Below are positions 1-10,700 of a DNA stretch of 64,000 bases, piece after piece; within the stretch, counting starts at the first letter, position 1; each line of letters starts with the position of its first letter. The DNA lies in assembly GCA_963850045.1 (NCBI GenBank), contig CAWKJL010000003.1:368819-432818 (forward strand). Direction: 5' to 3'. The stretch is from an uncultured Chloroflexia bacterium. GTDB taxonomy: Bacteria; Chloroflexota; Limnocylindria; Limnocylindrales; CSP1-4. Made by a program: the position numbers and the translations under genes. The notes beneath the pieces were generated by a model. The model made no database searches. It was not told where the DNA came from and saw nothing but the letters and a program-made list of their open reading frames with translations.

Positions 1-1
1 C

Positions 2-328
2 GCGTCGTGGGTCGCCACCGGCAGCATGAGCGTGATCCGCGTCTACGCCGCTGCCACCCTGCTCCCGGATGGCATGGTCCTCGTCGCGGGTGGCTACAGC
101 AGGACGGATGGACGCGCTCCTGTCAGCCCCGTCCTCCCGGCCGAGCTCTACGACCCCTCCAGTGGCTCCTGGAGAGCCACCCAGCGGATGACCGAGGCCC
201 GCACATTCCCCACCGCCACGCTCCTCGAGACCGGCAGCGTTCTGGTTGCCGGGGGTCGGACCAAACCGCTCATCGGCAGCGCTCTGGCGTCCAGCGAGCT
301 CTACGACCCGGGAACCGGGAGCCGGTAG
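2..328 (+). CDS. Kelch/galactose-oxidase-type beta-propeller repeat protein, C-terminal fragment (5' end lies outside the window)
   Basis: ORF 26..328 continues in frame to the window edge. Repeated L.DG.VLVAGG...ELYDP.SG.W units are typical of Kelch repeats. Confidence 0.5.
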   Translation, partial: ASWVATGSMSVIRVYAAATLLPDGMVLVAGGYSRTDGRAPVSPVLPAELYDPSSGSWRATQRMTEARTFPTATLLETGSVLVAGGRTKPLIGSALASSELYDPGTGSR

Positions 329-367
329 TTCGCCGGCCGGCCCGATCACCAGGAAGGAGCGTCCCCC

Positions 368-1964
368 GTGCATCGAACGTCACTGAGGATCCCGAGGTTC
401 GTCATGGCATCGCTCGTCGCGGTGTTGCTGCAGGCGTGTGGGTCGACCACACCGACGTCGACCACCGTCCCGGCGCCCTCCCGCGCTCCGGCGGCCCAGA
501 CCTCGCCCACCGCGCCCGCGACCACCGTGCCACCGAGTCCCACCGCCGAGGCCGGAACGCCCGCCCCTTCGATCCCCGGGCCGGCCGGCTTGCTGACGGC
601 GTGCGCCGACGACCCCACGACCTTCTGCGGGCAGCTCAGCGTGCCCGTCGACCGGACCAAGCCCGATGGCCCGAAGATCTCTCTCGCCCTGCGCCTCGTG
701 CCCCATACCGATACGTCGCAGCCCGCGCTGGCCACCGTCCTCAGCCTGCCGGGCGGACCGGGCGGCGGCGCCGGCGCCAAACCAGGCTATCAACATGATT
801 CGGGTGTTCTCAGCGAGGCGCTCGTCCTTCGGCACGACGAGCTGTTGATCGGATCCCGGGGGACCGGCGCGTCCGGCGCGATCGACTGCCCCGACCTCCA
901 GGACGGGTGGGCGAGCGACACGGAGATGCAGACCGCGGTCGCCGCATGTGCCGCCCAGCTCGGCGAGAACGCGGACCGCTACGGCTCAGGGGACGTCGCC
1001 CTCGACATCGAGGATGTCCGCGCATCCCTGGGCCTCGACCAGATCGACCTCTACGGGGAGTCGTACGGCTCGGTCTGGGCGCGGGCGTATGCCGAGCGCT
1101 TCCCGGACCGGGTCCACGCCATCGTCCTCGACTCCGGTCTGACGGTCGATGACCCGGCCGATCACTGGGGTTCAGGCTACGCTCAGGCATGGCTCCAGAT
1201 CGCGGCGCGCTCCTGTGCCCAGAGCGCGACCTGTGCGAAGAACCATCCCCACCCGGTGGCCGAGCTGACGGCACTGGTCCGGAGGATCCGCGCCAAGCCG
1301 GTCCATGATCCCTCGAGCGGCAGCGACGTGGTGATCGACAGCGCGGCGCTGGTCGGGATCTTCGCGGCCGTCGGCCCGTTCGACGACAACGTCGCGGCCG
1401 AGGGCCTCCTCGACGCCGCGAGCGCGAACGCTCACGGCGACAACGGACCGGTCCTCAAGTTCAGCGACTGGGTCGGCACGGGGTCCGGCGGCAGCGGCGA
1501 CGCGACCGGCTTCTCGGAGGGCATGCACGCGGCGGCGACCTGTATCGACGATCCCATCGCCCGGAACTCCCAGGCGAGCCCTTGCCGACCGTCAGACCAC
1601 ACTCGCGGCGCGGATCGCGGCCCTGCCCAAGGATGCCTTCGCGCCGTTCACGGTGGCGGAATGGATGCCCTGGGCAGTGCCCGATTCCTGCCTCGCGTGG
1701 CCGGTGCCAGGCCGGGTCGAGCCCGCGGGCACGCCGGGGACCACCATCCAGATCCCGACCCTCGTCCTGTCGGGCGAGCAGGATGGGACCGTGCCTGCGC
1801 ACGTCCAGCGCAGGTTGCTCGACGTCTTCCCGAACTCGACCCAGGCCGTCGTCGCCGGCGCGGTCCACGGGGTGCTCGGCTGGTCGATCTGCCCGCGCGA
1901 TCTCATGGCCCAGTTCGTCGACACGTTGCACGTCGATGGGGCCACCTGCGCGGCGAAGCCGTAG
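368..1964 (+). CDS. S33-family alpha/beta hydrolase (tripeptidyl-aminopeptidase-like) lipoprotein, with one frame change near 1570-1650
   Basis: N-terminal signal peptide with lipobox LLQAC. GxSxG nucleophile elbow GESYGS. The C-terminal TAP-like segment (LVLSGEQDGTVP...) continues in ORF 1653..1964 in another frame. Confidence 0.6.
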
Positions 1965-2106
1965 AAGGCCCGTAGGCGACGGCCCCACGCCGCGTACCAT
2001 CGGCCCTGCGAGGACGATCGCCTCGTTCAAGCACATCCACCGTTCGACGAACGAGGTGTCGAGCGGGACCCGCCACGAGTGCCGTTCGTTTGGCAGAGGT
2101 CAGGCA

Positions 2107-3324
2107 ATGGCGACCATGCGCACGTTCGATGTCATCGTCGTCGGTGGGGGGATCGCGGGTTCCATGCTCGCAGGCGTCCTCGCGCGCGCTGGCCTCGGCG
2201 TCCTCGTCGTCGAGAAGGAAGCGCGCTTCCGAGACCGCGTCCGTGGGGAGGCGACCCTGCCGTGGGGCCTGGCGGACGCCCTGTCGATGGGACTCGGCGA
2301 CGTGCTTGCGCAGGCCGGATGCGTCGAGCTGCGAGGCATACAGCATTACGACGGTCAGCGCCGAACCACGCTCGATGTCTTCGCCACGCACTCGATCGAC
2401 GGACTGTCCGAGATCGGGTTCTCGCACCCGCGGCTCCAGGACGTCGCGCTGACGTGGGCGGAGGTCAACGGCGCCACGGCCATCCGACCGGCGAAGGCGG
2501 TCGAAGCCTCGTTTGCCGGGACACCGTCCGTCCGCGTCGTGCGCGACGACCAGGCGTCGGACTATCAGGCCCGCCTGATCGTGGGCGCAGACGGCCGGCT
2601 CTCGATGGCGCGTCGCTGGCTTGGGGCGCAGACGATGTCCGACCCTGAGGTCAATCGGTTCGGCGGCGTCCTCGTGTCGGGCGTCCGCACGGATGACCGT
2701 GACACCGACAACGTCGGGGATGCCGGCGACATCTCGGTCAACTGGTTCGCGCAGAGCGCCGACTGGACGAGGCTGTACCTCATGGGATCCGCCGAGGTCC
2801 TGCGGGCCAAGGACGTCGACCGGTCCTTCGACGCCCTGATCGCCGTGGCCGCCATCGCGATGCCAGAGGGGTCGCTCGAGGACGTCCGGTCCGAGGGTCC
2901 GATCGGTTTCTTCCCCAACAGCGACATGTGGGCGAGCCGCATCGCCGGCGAGGGGATGGTGCTGATCGGCGATGCGGCGGGCTCGGCGGATCCCACCCAG
3001 GGGCACGGCACATCCCTGCTCTTCCACGACGTGCGCGAGCTCAGCGAGCTCCTGATCGGCGAGCGCGACTGGATGGTCGCCACCGCCGAGTTCCAGGTCA
3101 GGCGGCGGCGCTATTACGACGTCATCCACCAGTACGACCGATGGGTGAGCGAGCTCAACTACGGGCAGGGTGAGGCGGCCGACCGCGCCCGCGAAGGCCA
3201 CAAGCGGGCCGAGCAGGAAGACCCGCTCCTTGCCGGGTTCGGCGTCATCGATGGACGCGGGCCGGATGGCCTCGTGGCTGATGAGACCGCCAGACGGATG
3301 TACTTCGGCGAAGGTCTCGCGTAA
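2107..3324 (+). CDS. FAD-dependent monooxygenase/oxidoreductase
   Basis: Rossmann dinucleotide motif FDVIVVGGGIAGSMLA at the N-terminus. GD motif LIGDAAG near the C-terminus. ATG at 2107 lies inside the longer ORF 1582..3324. Confidence 0.7.
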   Translation: MATMRTFDVIVVGGGIAGSMLAGVLARAGLGVLVVEKEARFRDRVRGEATLPWGLADALSMGLGDVLAQAGCVELRGIQHYDGQRRTTLDVFATHSIDGLSEIGFSHPRLQDVALTWAEVNGATAIRPAKAVEASFAGTPSVRVVRDDQASDYQARLIVGADGRLSMARRWLGAQTMSDPEVNRFGGVLVSGVRTDDRDTDNVGDAGDISVNWFAQSADWTRLYLMGSAEVLRAKDVDRSFDALIAVAAIAMPEGSLEDVRSEGPIGFFPNSDMWASRIAGEGMVLIGDAAGSADPTQGHGTSLLFHDVRELSELLIGERDWMVATAEFQVRRRRYYDVIHQYDRWVSELNYGQGEAADRAREGHKRAEQEDPLLAGFGVIDGRGPDGLVADETARRMYFGEGLA

Positions 3325-3326
3325 GC

Positions 3327-4100
3327 GTGGAGGTGGGCGCCATGCGCTTTCAGACCCGGCGTTCCACGTCGCGCGGCTTCGAGATCAGCTACGAGGATGT
3401 CGGCGCGGGTTTCCCGATCGTCCTGATCAATGGGTTCAGCGGTCGGGCCGCGGAGTGGCGCGACCTTGGGTTCGTCGATCGACTTGCCCCGCCGTATCGC
3501 GTGCTCAGCGTCGATTCGCTAGGTCACGGCCTGAGCGAAGCGCCGCACGAATGGGAGGCCTATCGGGCGCCGATGATCGCGGACGACATCGTCGCGGCGA
3601 TGGACGATGCCGGGGTCGATCGCGCCGCCCTCTGGGGCTACTCCCGCGGGGCGGGACTGGCGGCAATAGTCGCCGCCGAGCATCCGGATCGCGTTGCGAC
3701 CCTGGTCCTGGGAGGCGCGGACTTGGTCACCCCAAGCAGCCCGGAGATCCCCGAGACGACCGAGGCCCTCTCTCGCGCCGATTGGGATGCGTTCTGGCAA
3801 GCGTTCGGAGAGGTGTCGGACCGCGATCGCGCGGAGATCATGCTGTGCGACCCGCGCGCCCTCGGCGCGGCCGATATGGGGTCCCGGCGCTCCGACTACG
3901 TGCTCGACCTCGGCCGCATCACCGCTCCGACGCTGCTCTATTGCGGCGGAGGCGACGAACCGGAAGAGATGGACGCCACGGCTGCCGCCCTCGGGGTTCC
4001 CGTGAGCATCGTGGGTGATGCCGATCACTTCGCCACCTTCACCGACGTCGACGCCCTCGTCCCCCTGGTCCTCGCCCATCTGAAACGCATCGGGATCTAG
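3327..4100 (+). CDS. alpha/beta-fold hydrolase
   Basis: HGxS-type oxyanion motif and GYSRG nucleophile elbow. Starts 3 nt after the monooxygenase stop, so probably an operon. Confidence 0.7.
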   Translation: MEVGAMRFQTRRSTSRGFEISYEDVGAGFPIVLINGFSGRAAEWRDLGFVDRLAPPYRVLSVDSLGHGLSEAPHEWEAYRAPMIADDIVAAMDDAGVDRAALWGYSRGAGLAAIVAAEHPDRVATLVLGGADLVTPSSPEIPETTEALSRADWDAFWQAFGEVSDRDRAEIMLCDPRALGAADMGSRRSDYVLDLGRITAPTLLYCGGGDEPEEMDATAAALGVPVSIVGDADHFATFTDVDALVPLVLAHLKRIGI

Positions 4101-4242
4101 AAGGTTCGCCCGGGCGGCCATCACGCGAACGACTTCGGTCACCTTCTGGGCCTGGGTTCGAAGTGGTGACCTGGGCCCAGGGATCGGCTCGAACCGTTCC
4201 GACCGGGGCTATCCTCAGCCTTCCGACCCGATCGAAGCGAAG

Positions 4243-5467
4243 GTGAGGCAAGCCATCGATAGCGGCCGTTCGCTCCGGCAACGCCTCCAGCTCGTCGTGA
4301 CGCGGCTGATCTCGATCGCCGACCTGCCGGCGGATGACGACGACGCTCGTCTCCGAAAGCGCGCCGGCGTGGTCGCCGGATACGCCACGATCGTCGCCCC
4401 ACTCGCCCTGCCGCTCGAGGGAGGGCTCGTCGGCATGGTGCTCGGCGTCGGGTTCGTCGCTGTTCAGCGTCGGCAACCTGGTGGTCCTGGCCCGAACGAA
4501 GCGCTTCGACCGGTACGTCATCGCCTTCCTCGCGCTCGGGCCGGCGTTCGTCCTGGCGGCCAACGTCCTCGCCGGCGGGGTCACGACGAACAGCGGCGGC
4601 CTCGTCTGGGCGTTCCTCGCGCCGGCCTACGCCCTGCTCGCGCTCGGGCCCCGCCGCGCGAGGCCGTGGTTCGCCGTCTTCCTCGCAGCCCTGCTCGTCG
4701 CGGTCGCGACGGACCCGCTCGTCCGCGGTCTCTTCGCGCCACCGCCATATGTCATCCAGCTGATCTTCTACGTCCAGAACATCGGCGTCCCGCTGACGAT
4801 CACCTTCCTCCTCCTGCTCTACACCGACCTTCGACGACGTGCGGCAGAGGCACGCTCCGACCAACTCCTGACGAACGCGATCCCGGCATCGATCGCGACC
4901 CGCCTCAAGCACGGCGAGGACAACATCGCCGAGTCCTACCCCGCAACGACCGTCGTCTTCACCGACATCGTCAGCTTCACGCCATGGGCCCAGCGGACCG
5001 GCCCGGCGCGCGTCGTGGCGCTTCTCGACGACCTGTTCAGCCGGTTCGACACGGTCGCGGCCGAGCTTGGCATCGAGAAGATCAAGACCGTTGGCGACGC
5101 CTACATGGCCGCCGCTGGTGCCCCTGAGGCCCGCGCGGACCACGCTCAGGCCGCGGTCGCCTTCGGGCGGGCGATCCTCGCCGAGGTCGCCGACTGGCGA
5201 TCGACCAACGAGCTGGCGCTGGAGGTGCGAGTCGGTGTGGCAAGTGGCCCGGTCGTCGGCGGCGTCATCGGGCAGCGCCGGATCGTCTTCGACCTTTGGG
5301 GCGACACGGTGAACACGGCGGCGCGAATGGAGTCCTCGGGTGTCCCCGGCCGGATCCACCTCGCCGCCTCGACGCGGGAGCTCCTGGGTGGCGACGGGTT
5401 CGAGGAGCGACAGGTCGACGTCAAGGGCTTGGGAATGTTGACGACCTACCTCCTGGCCGATGCGTAG
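4243..5467 (+). CDS. membrane-anchored class III adenylate/guanylate cyclase, with a frame change near 4455
   Basis: C-terminal cyclase catalytic motifs VVFTDIVSFT...KTVGDAYMAAAG...GDTVNTAARMES. Hydrophobic N-terminal half. ORFs 4243..5127 and 4334..5467 each hold part of the membrane domain. Confidence 0.65.
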
Positions 5468-5669
5468 ACGACGTCTGCCAGGTCGCGAGGCGGATTGACA
5501 TTCGGACTGCCGCCGAGCACCGTTGCGGGAGCTTGATCGGCGAGCTTGTGTCCCGCAGTCGGTACGTTGCCGGCGACGTGGACACCGGTCGGGCTGGAAG
5601 GACCACCTCGTGTCTCCCTCCCATGCCCCCCGCCGTCAGTTCCCGGACGTCCCCGTGGAGGATCGGGTT

Positions 5670-6781
5670 CACGGGCGCGGAGCCGCCCGCGGACGGTCCG
5701 TCTCCGGTCTCGCTCTCGCGGCAGTGATCCTGTCAGCTTGTGCCTCGACGGCCGTTTCCACGCCGATCCCGGCATCGCCTGCCTCGGTCTCGACCAACCC
5801 GGCATCGCCCACGCTAGCGCCCGTGACGACACCATCGGTGTCGCCGACCGTGGTCGAGCCGAGTCCGGTCCTGGGATCCATCACACCCGAGGCGACGATC
5901 GCGGTCCCGAAGGTGGGCTGGCTCGCGTTCGACGGCAAGGTGCTCTGGGTCTTCACCGAGCTCGGGCCAGGCCGCTGCGCCTCGATCCCGCCACGAATGC
6001 GATCGGCGCACCGGTGACCGTCGACGCCACACATCAGGATGGGGGCTTCGCGGTCAACGACCAAGGCCTCTGGCTCGAATGACTTCGATACCAATCTCGT
6101 CTATCGGATCGACCCGGCGACGCTCAAGGTCGTCGCGAAGATCCCGGTCGAATCCAATCCGGAGGGCCTCGCCGTCGACGCCGAAGAACGGCGCCGTTTG
6201 GGTCGCGAACCACCGCGGCGGCACCGTGACCCGTATCGATCCGACGACGAACAAGGTCGTCGCGACGATCAACGTCGGCAACGTCGGTCCGAGTGGCCCG
6301 CACCAGGTCGGCCTGGGGCTCGGGAGCGTCTGGGTCGGAGTGCCGAACACGTCCAGCATCTATCGGATCGATCCGATGACGAACGAGGTCGTCGCGACGA
6401 TCGAGTCCCGGGCGCGCCAGCCCTTGCAGCGGGTTCGCGTTCAGCGAGCAGGCGGTCTGGACACCAAGCTGTCAGGACACCACGATCCTGACCCGCATCG
6501 ATCCGGCGACGAACAAGGTCGTCGCCACGATCGACCTTGGCGGGTACGGCGACGATCCCATCCTGGTCGACGGGGTCCCCTGGCTCGTGGTCGAGAGCAC
6601 CATCGACGGGCCTGCACGACTCGTGTCGATCGACCCGGCGACGAACACGATCGACCGCGTCGTCTCTCTCGGCGACGGGTTCATGGGCGCAAACCTTGTC
6701 GTGGCGGATGGCTCGGTGTGGGCCACGGACTGGGCCAACAACCAGGTCATCCGCCTTCCGCTGGCGGCGTTCAGCCAGTAA
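5670..6781 (+). pseudogene. YVTN-type beta-propeller repeat lipoprotein, broken by at least five frame changes
   Basis: The repeat RIDP.TN.VVATI recurs in ORFs 6039.., 6079.. and 6587..6781, in three different frames. Signal/lipobox segment LALAAVILSAC. Start coordinate is uncertain. Confidence 0.5.
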
Positions 6782-6936
6782 CGGCCGGGCAGCGCGACCG
6801 AATCTGGTCCGCTGGCGAGCACGGCCGCGCCGATGGGGCGACACCTTCCTCGTCCTAGGGCCTTGCCTGTCGGCCATCCCGCTCGACGACAGGCGAAGCA
6901 GGTCGTGGCGTGCCCATCGTCCGGATCCCGCGCAGG

Positions 6937-7353
6937 TCAGCGATGGAACGGGTTCTCGATCCGTACCCCGCCGATCGTGCGACCGTGCTGGAGGTCCTCG
7001 CTGATGATCCGGTCGGCCCCGCTTCTCGCGGCGGCGACGATGATGAGGGCGTCCCAGAATGACAGCGAGTGGCGCTGCTCGAGGTCGGCCGCCTCGAGGA
7101 TGTCACCCGTCGTGATGGCGTACACGGGCCAGCGGCCGTAGCGTCCGACGAGCGCACGCGCCTTCGACCGGGGAACGACGACCCGCAGCTTGCGGGTGAG
7201 GTTCACGTACAGCTCCTGGAGGACCTGGGTGCTGAGCAGCCCTTCTCGTGTGCGCCAAAGGTCGGACAGGATCTCTCGGGCGATGGCCGACTTCTCGGGT
7301 TCGCGTTGGTCATATGCATAGAGGACGATGTTCGTGTCGACGAACGTCCTCAT
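6937..7353 (-). CDS. vapC: PIN-domain toxin VapC
   Basis: 138 aa. N-terminal FVDTNIV with a conserved acidic residue, and a later ISEDLQ motif. 4-nt overlap with the upstream antitoxin gene. Confidence 0.8.
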   Translation of the reverse strand: MRTFVDTNIVLYAYDQREPEKSAIAREILSDLWRTREGLLSTQVLQELYVNLTRKLRVVVPRSKARALVGRYGRWPVYAITTGDILEAADLEQRHSLSFWDALIIVAAARSGADRIISEDLQHGRTIGGVRIENPFHR

Positions 7354-7616
7354 CGATCGTGCACCTCGTCGCGGGCAGGGTAGGGACCGCCACCGAGGTC
7401 GTACCCGCGTTCGAGTTCCGCCAGCGCGTCATGCATGGCCCGGTCGTAGTCGTCGTCCTGCCGGGCGAGGAGGTCGATCTGCTCGGCCAGCAGCCGGCTG
7501 ATGGAGCTCCCGCGCTTGGCGGCCACCACCCGCGCCTTCCGGACGGTGGCGTCGTCGAGCTGGACCGTGATGTTTCGCTTCACGCTGCACCTCACCACGT
7601 GGGTTACGTGTAGCAC
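7350..7616 (-). CDS. vapB: VapB-type antitoxin (ribbon-helix-helix-like)
   Basis: Small basic protein. Segment KRNITVQLDDATVRKARVVAAKRGSSISRLLAEQ fits an RHH/CopG-like fold. 4-nt overlap with vapC. The real start may be the internal GTG at 7583. Confidence 0.65.
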   Translation of the reverse strand: MLHVTHVVRCSVKRNITVQLDDATVRKARVVAAKRGSSISRLLAEQIDLLARQDDDYDRAMHDALAELERGYDLGGGPYPARDEVHDR

Positions 7617-7628
7617 GTAATTTACGTG
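7604..7628. promoter_or_regulatory. palindromic operator candidate TTACGTG-TAG-CACGTAA-T-TTACGTG at the vapB 5' end
   Basis: Perfect 7-bp inverted repeat plus a third half-site, sitting in the only AT-rich patch of a 70%-GC region. Confidence 0.4.
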
Positions 7629-7728
7629 GCCGGTGGCGTGGCAGTCAACTGACGCCCCTGAGGGCGAGACGGCCGGTCGGCCAGGCCCCAGACCCGCGGA
7701 CCGGTCACCGGGCTACCATTGACCTCCC

Positions 7729-10700
7729 TTGACCACCACCGCCCCGAACGACTTCACGCACCTCCACGTGCACTCCGAGTTCAGCCTCCTCGACGGGCTG
7801 GGCCGGATCACCGACATCGTGGATGCGGCGGCCCAGCAGGGCATGGATTCGCTCGCGCTCGACCGACCATGGGGCGCTGTACGGCGCCGTCGCCTTCTAC
7901 CAGGCCGCGAAGACCAAGGGCATCAAGCCGATCATCGGGATCGAGACGTACGTCGCCCGCCGGTCGATGACCGACAAGGAGGGCAAGGCCGACAGCCAGC
8001 CCTTCCACCTGATCCTCCTCGCCCAGGACTGGCAGGGCTACCAGAACCTCTGCCGGCTCGCGACCGACGCCCACCTCGACGGCTACTACTACAAGCCGCG
8101 CATCGACCGCGACCACCTCGCGAAGCACAGTGCCGGGCTGATCGGGCTGTCGGCGTGCCTCAGCGGCGAGGTCGCCAAGGCGCTCGAGGTCGACGACTGG
8201 GAGCTGGCCCGCAACGTCGCCGGCCAGTACGGCGACATCTTCGGCAAGGATCGCTTCTTCCTGGAGCTCCAGGACCACGGCCTGCCCGAGCAGCGACGGC
8301 TGAACGAGCAGCTCATCCGGCTCGCCCCGGAGGCCGGCCTGCCGCTGGTCGTCACCAACGACCTCCACTACGTCCGCCAGGACCAGTCCGAGGCGCACGA
8401 CGTCCTGCTCTGCGTCGGCACCGGCAACAACCTCGACACGCCCAACCGGATGAAGTTCGACAGCGCCGAGTTCTACGTGAAGTCCGCGGCCCAGATGGCC
8501 GCGCTCTTCCCGGACCACCTCGACGCGATCCGGAACAGCCGGCGCATCGCCGAGATGACCGACATCACGCTGCCGCTCGGGCAGCTCCGCATCCCGCACT
8601 TCCCGGTGCCCGACGGCTTCACGGTGGAAAGCTGGCTGCGGGCGGAATGCCAGCGCGGCCTCGAACGCCGCTACGGGACGGTCACGCCGGAGCTCCAGGA
8701 GCGGCTCGACTACGAGCTCGGCGTGATCCTGACGATGGGCTATGCCGGCTACTTCCTGATCGTGGCGGACTTCATCCGCTTCGCGCGCGAGCAGGGGATC
8801 CAGACCACGTGCCGCGGCAGCGCGCCGGGGAGCATCGTCACCTACACCCTCGGCATCACGCCGGTGGACCCGATCCTCTACCAGCTGCCGTTCGAGCGGT
8901 TCCTCAACCCGGACCGCGTGACGATGCCCGACATCGACGTCGACTTCGAGGACGGCCGCCGCGACGAGGTCATCGCGTACGTCGGGCGCAAGTACGGCCA
9001 GGACCACGTGGCCCAGATCATCACCTTCGGCACGATGCTGGCCCGCGCCGCCATCCGCGACGTCGGCCGGGTCCTCGGCAACACCTACGGCGAGGTGGAC
9101 CGCATCGCGAAGGCGATCCCGAACCAGCTCGGCATCCGCCTCGACGAGGCACTCCAGGTCGCGCCGGCCCTGCGCGAGCAGGTCGACGCCGATCCCGGGG
9201 TCAAGCGGATCATCGACTTCGCCCGCCAGCTGGAGGGCGTGGCTCGCAACGCCTCGACGCATGCCGCCGGCGTCGTCATCAGCCGCGAACCGTTGACCGA
9301 GCTCATGCCGCTCCAGAAGGCGACCAACTCGGACGGGCTGATGACCCAGTACGAGATGCACGCCATCGAAGCGCTGGGGCTGCTCAAGTTCGACTTCCTC
9401 GGGCTGTCGAACCTGACGATCCTCCGCCAGGCGGTCGACACCGTCCGCGCCGAGCGCGGCACCGTCATCGACCTCGATGAGATCCCCCTCGACGACGCAA
9501 AGACCTTCGAGCTCCTCGCCTCGGGCGAGACGACCGGCATCTTCCAGCTCGAGTCGGCGGGGATGCGCCGCTACATCCGCGAGCTCCGGCCCACCTCGGT
9601 CTATGACCTCGCCGCCATGGTCGCGCTGTACCGGCCTGGCCCGATGGACAACATCCCGGCGTACATCCGGCGCAAGCACGGGCAAGAGCCGGTGACCTAC
9701 CTTCACCCGCTGCTCGAGCCATACCTGGAGAAGACCTACGGGATCTTCGTCTACCAGGAGGACATCATGTCCGCGGCCATGGCGCTCGGCGGTTTTAGCG
9801 GTCCCGAGGCCGACACCCTCGGCTACGCGATCCGCAAGAAGAAGTCCGCGGTCCTGCGCGCCCAGAAGGAGAAGTTCGTCACCCAGGCGGCCGAGCGTGG
9901 CGTCCCGCCGAAGACGATCGACGCGGTCTTCACGGCCTTCGAGCCGTTCGAGCGCTACGGGTTCAACAAGGCGCACGCGACGTGCTACGGCCTGATCGCC
10001 TACCAGACCGCGTACCTGAAGGCCAACTACACGGTCGAGTACATGACCGCGGTCCTGACCGCCTTCCGTTCGAACGAGGAGAAGGTCGCGGCGGCCGTCG
10101 CCGAGTGCCGCCGGATGGCGATCGACGTGCTGCCGCCCGACGTCGAGACCAGCCACCTCGAGTTCACCGTCGAGGGCGCGGCGATCCGCTTCGGTCTGCT
10201 CGCGGTCAAGAACGTCGGCCAGGGCGCGATCGAGTCGATCATCGCCGCACGCGAGGAGGGCGGGCCGTTCCGCTCGCTGACCGACTTCTGCACTCGGATC
10301 GACCTGCGGCTGTGCAACCGCAAGGTGCTGGAAGCCCTGATCAAGGTCGGTGCGCTCGATTCGATGGGGCATGCCGCGCAGCTCCTGCTCGGGCTGGACG
10401 ACGCGATCGGGGCGGCCCAGGCGACCCAGCGCGACCGGATCACCGGCCAGACGTCGCTGTTCGACATGACCGTGGCTGATGCCGAGGTCTTCGAGCGCCC
10501 CCTCCCCGTGGCCACCGAGGTGCCGATGCGCGAGCGGCTGCGCTGGGAGAAGGAGCTGCTCGGGCTGTATCTCTCCGAGCACCCGATGGGCGAGGTGGCC
10601 GAGCAGGTCGGCCGGTTCGTCAACGCCTACTCGGGCGACCTGAAGGACGAATCGCTCGACGGCCAGCGGATCGTCGTGGGTGGGATCGTGACCGGTATCC

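Noticed and set aside
7-835. ORFs 7..798 (+), 346..780 (-) and 380..835 (-), which overlap the Kelch fragment and the S33 peptidase gene.
   Set aside because: Alternative-frame artefacts. They carry no motifs, whereas the frames chosen have Kelch repeats or a signal peptide plus the GESYGS catalytic elbow.
1582-2106. 5' extension of the monooxygenase ORF, starting at 1582.
   Set aside because: The region encodes the peptidase C-terminus in another frame. The Rossmann motif begins right after the ATG at 2107.
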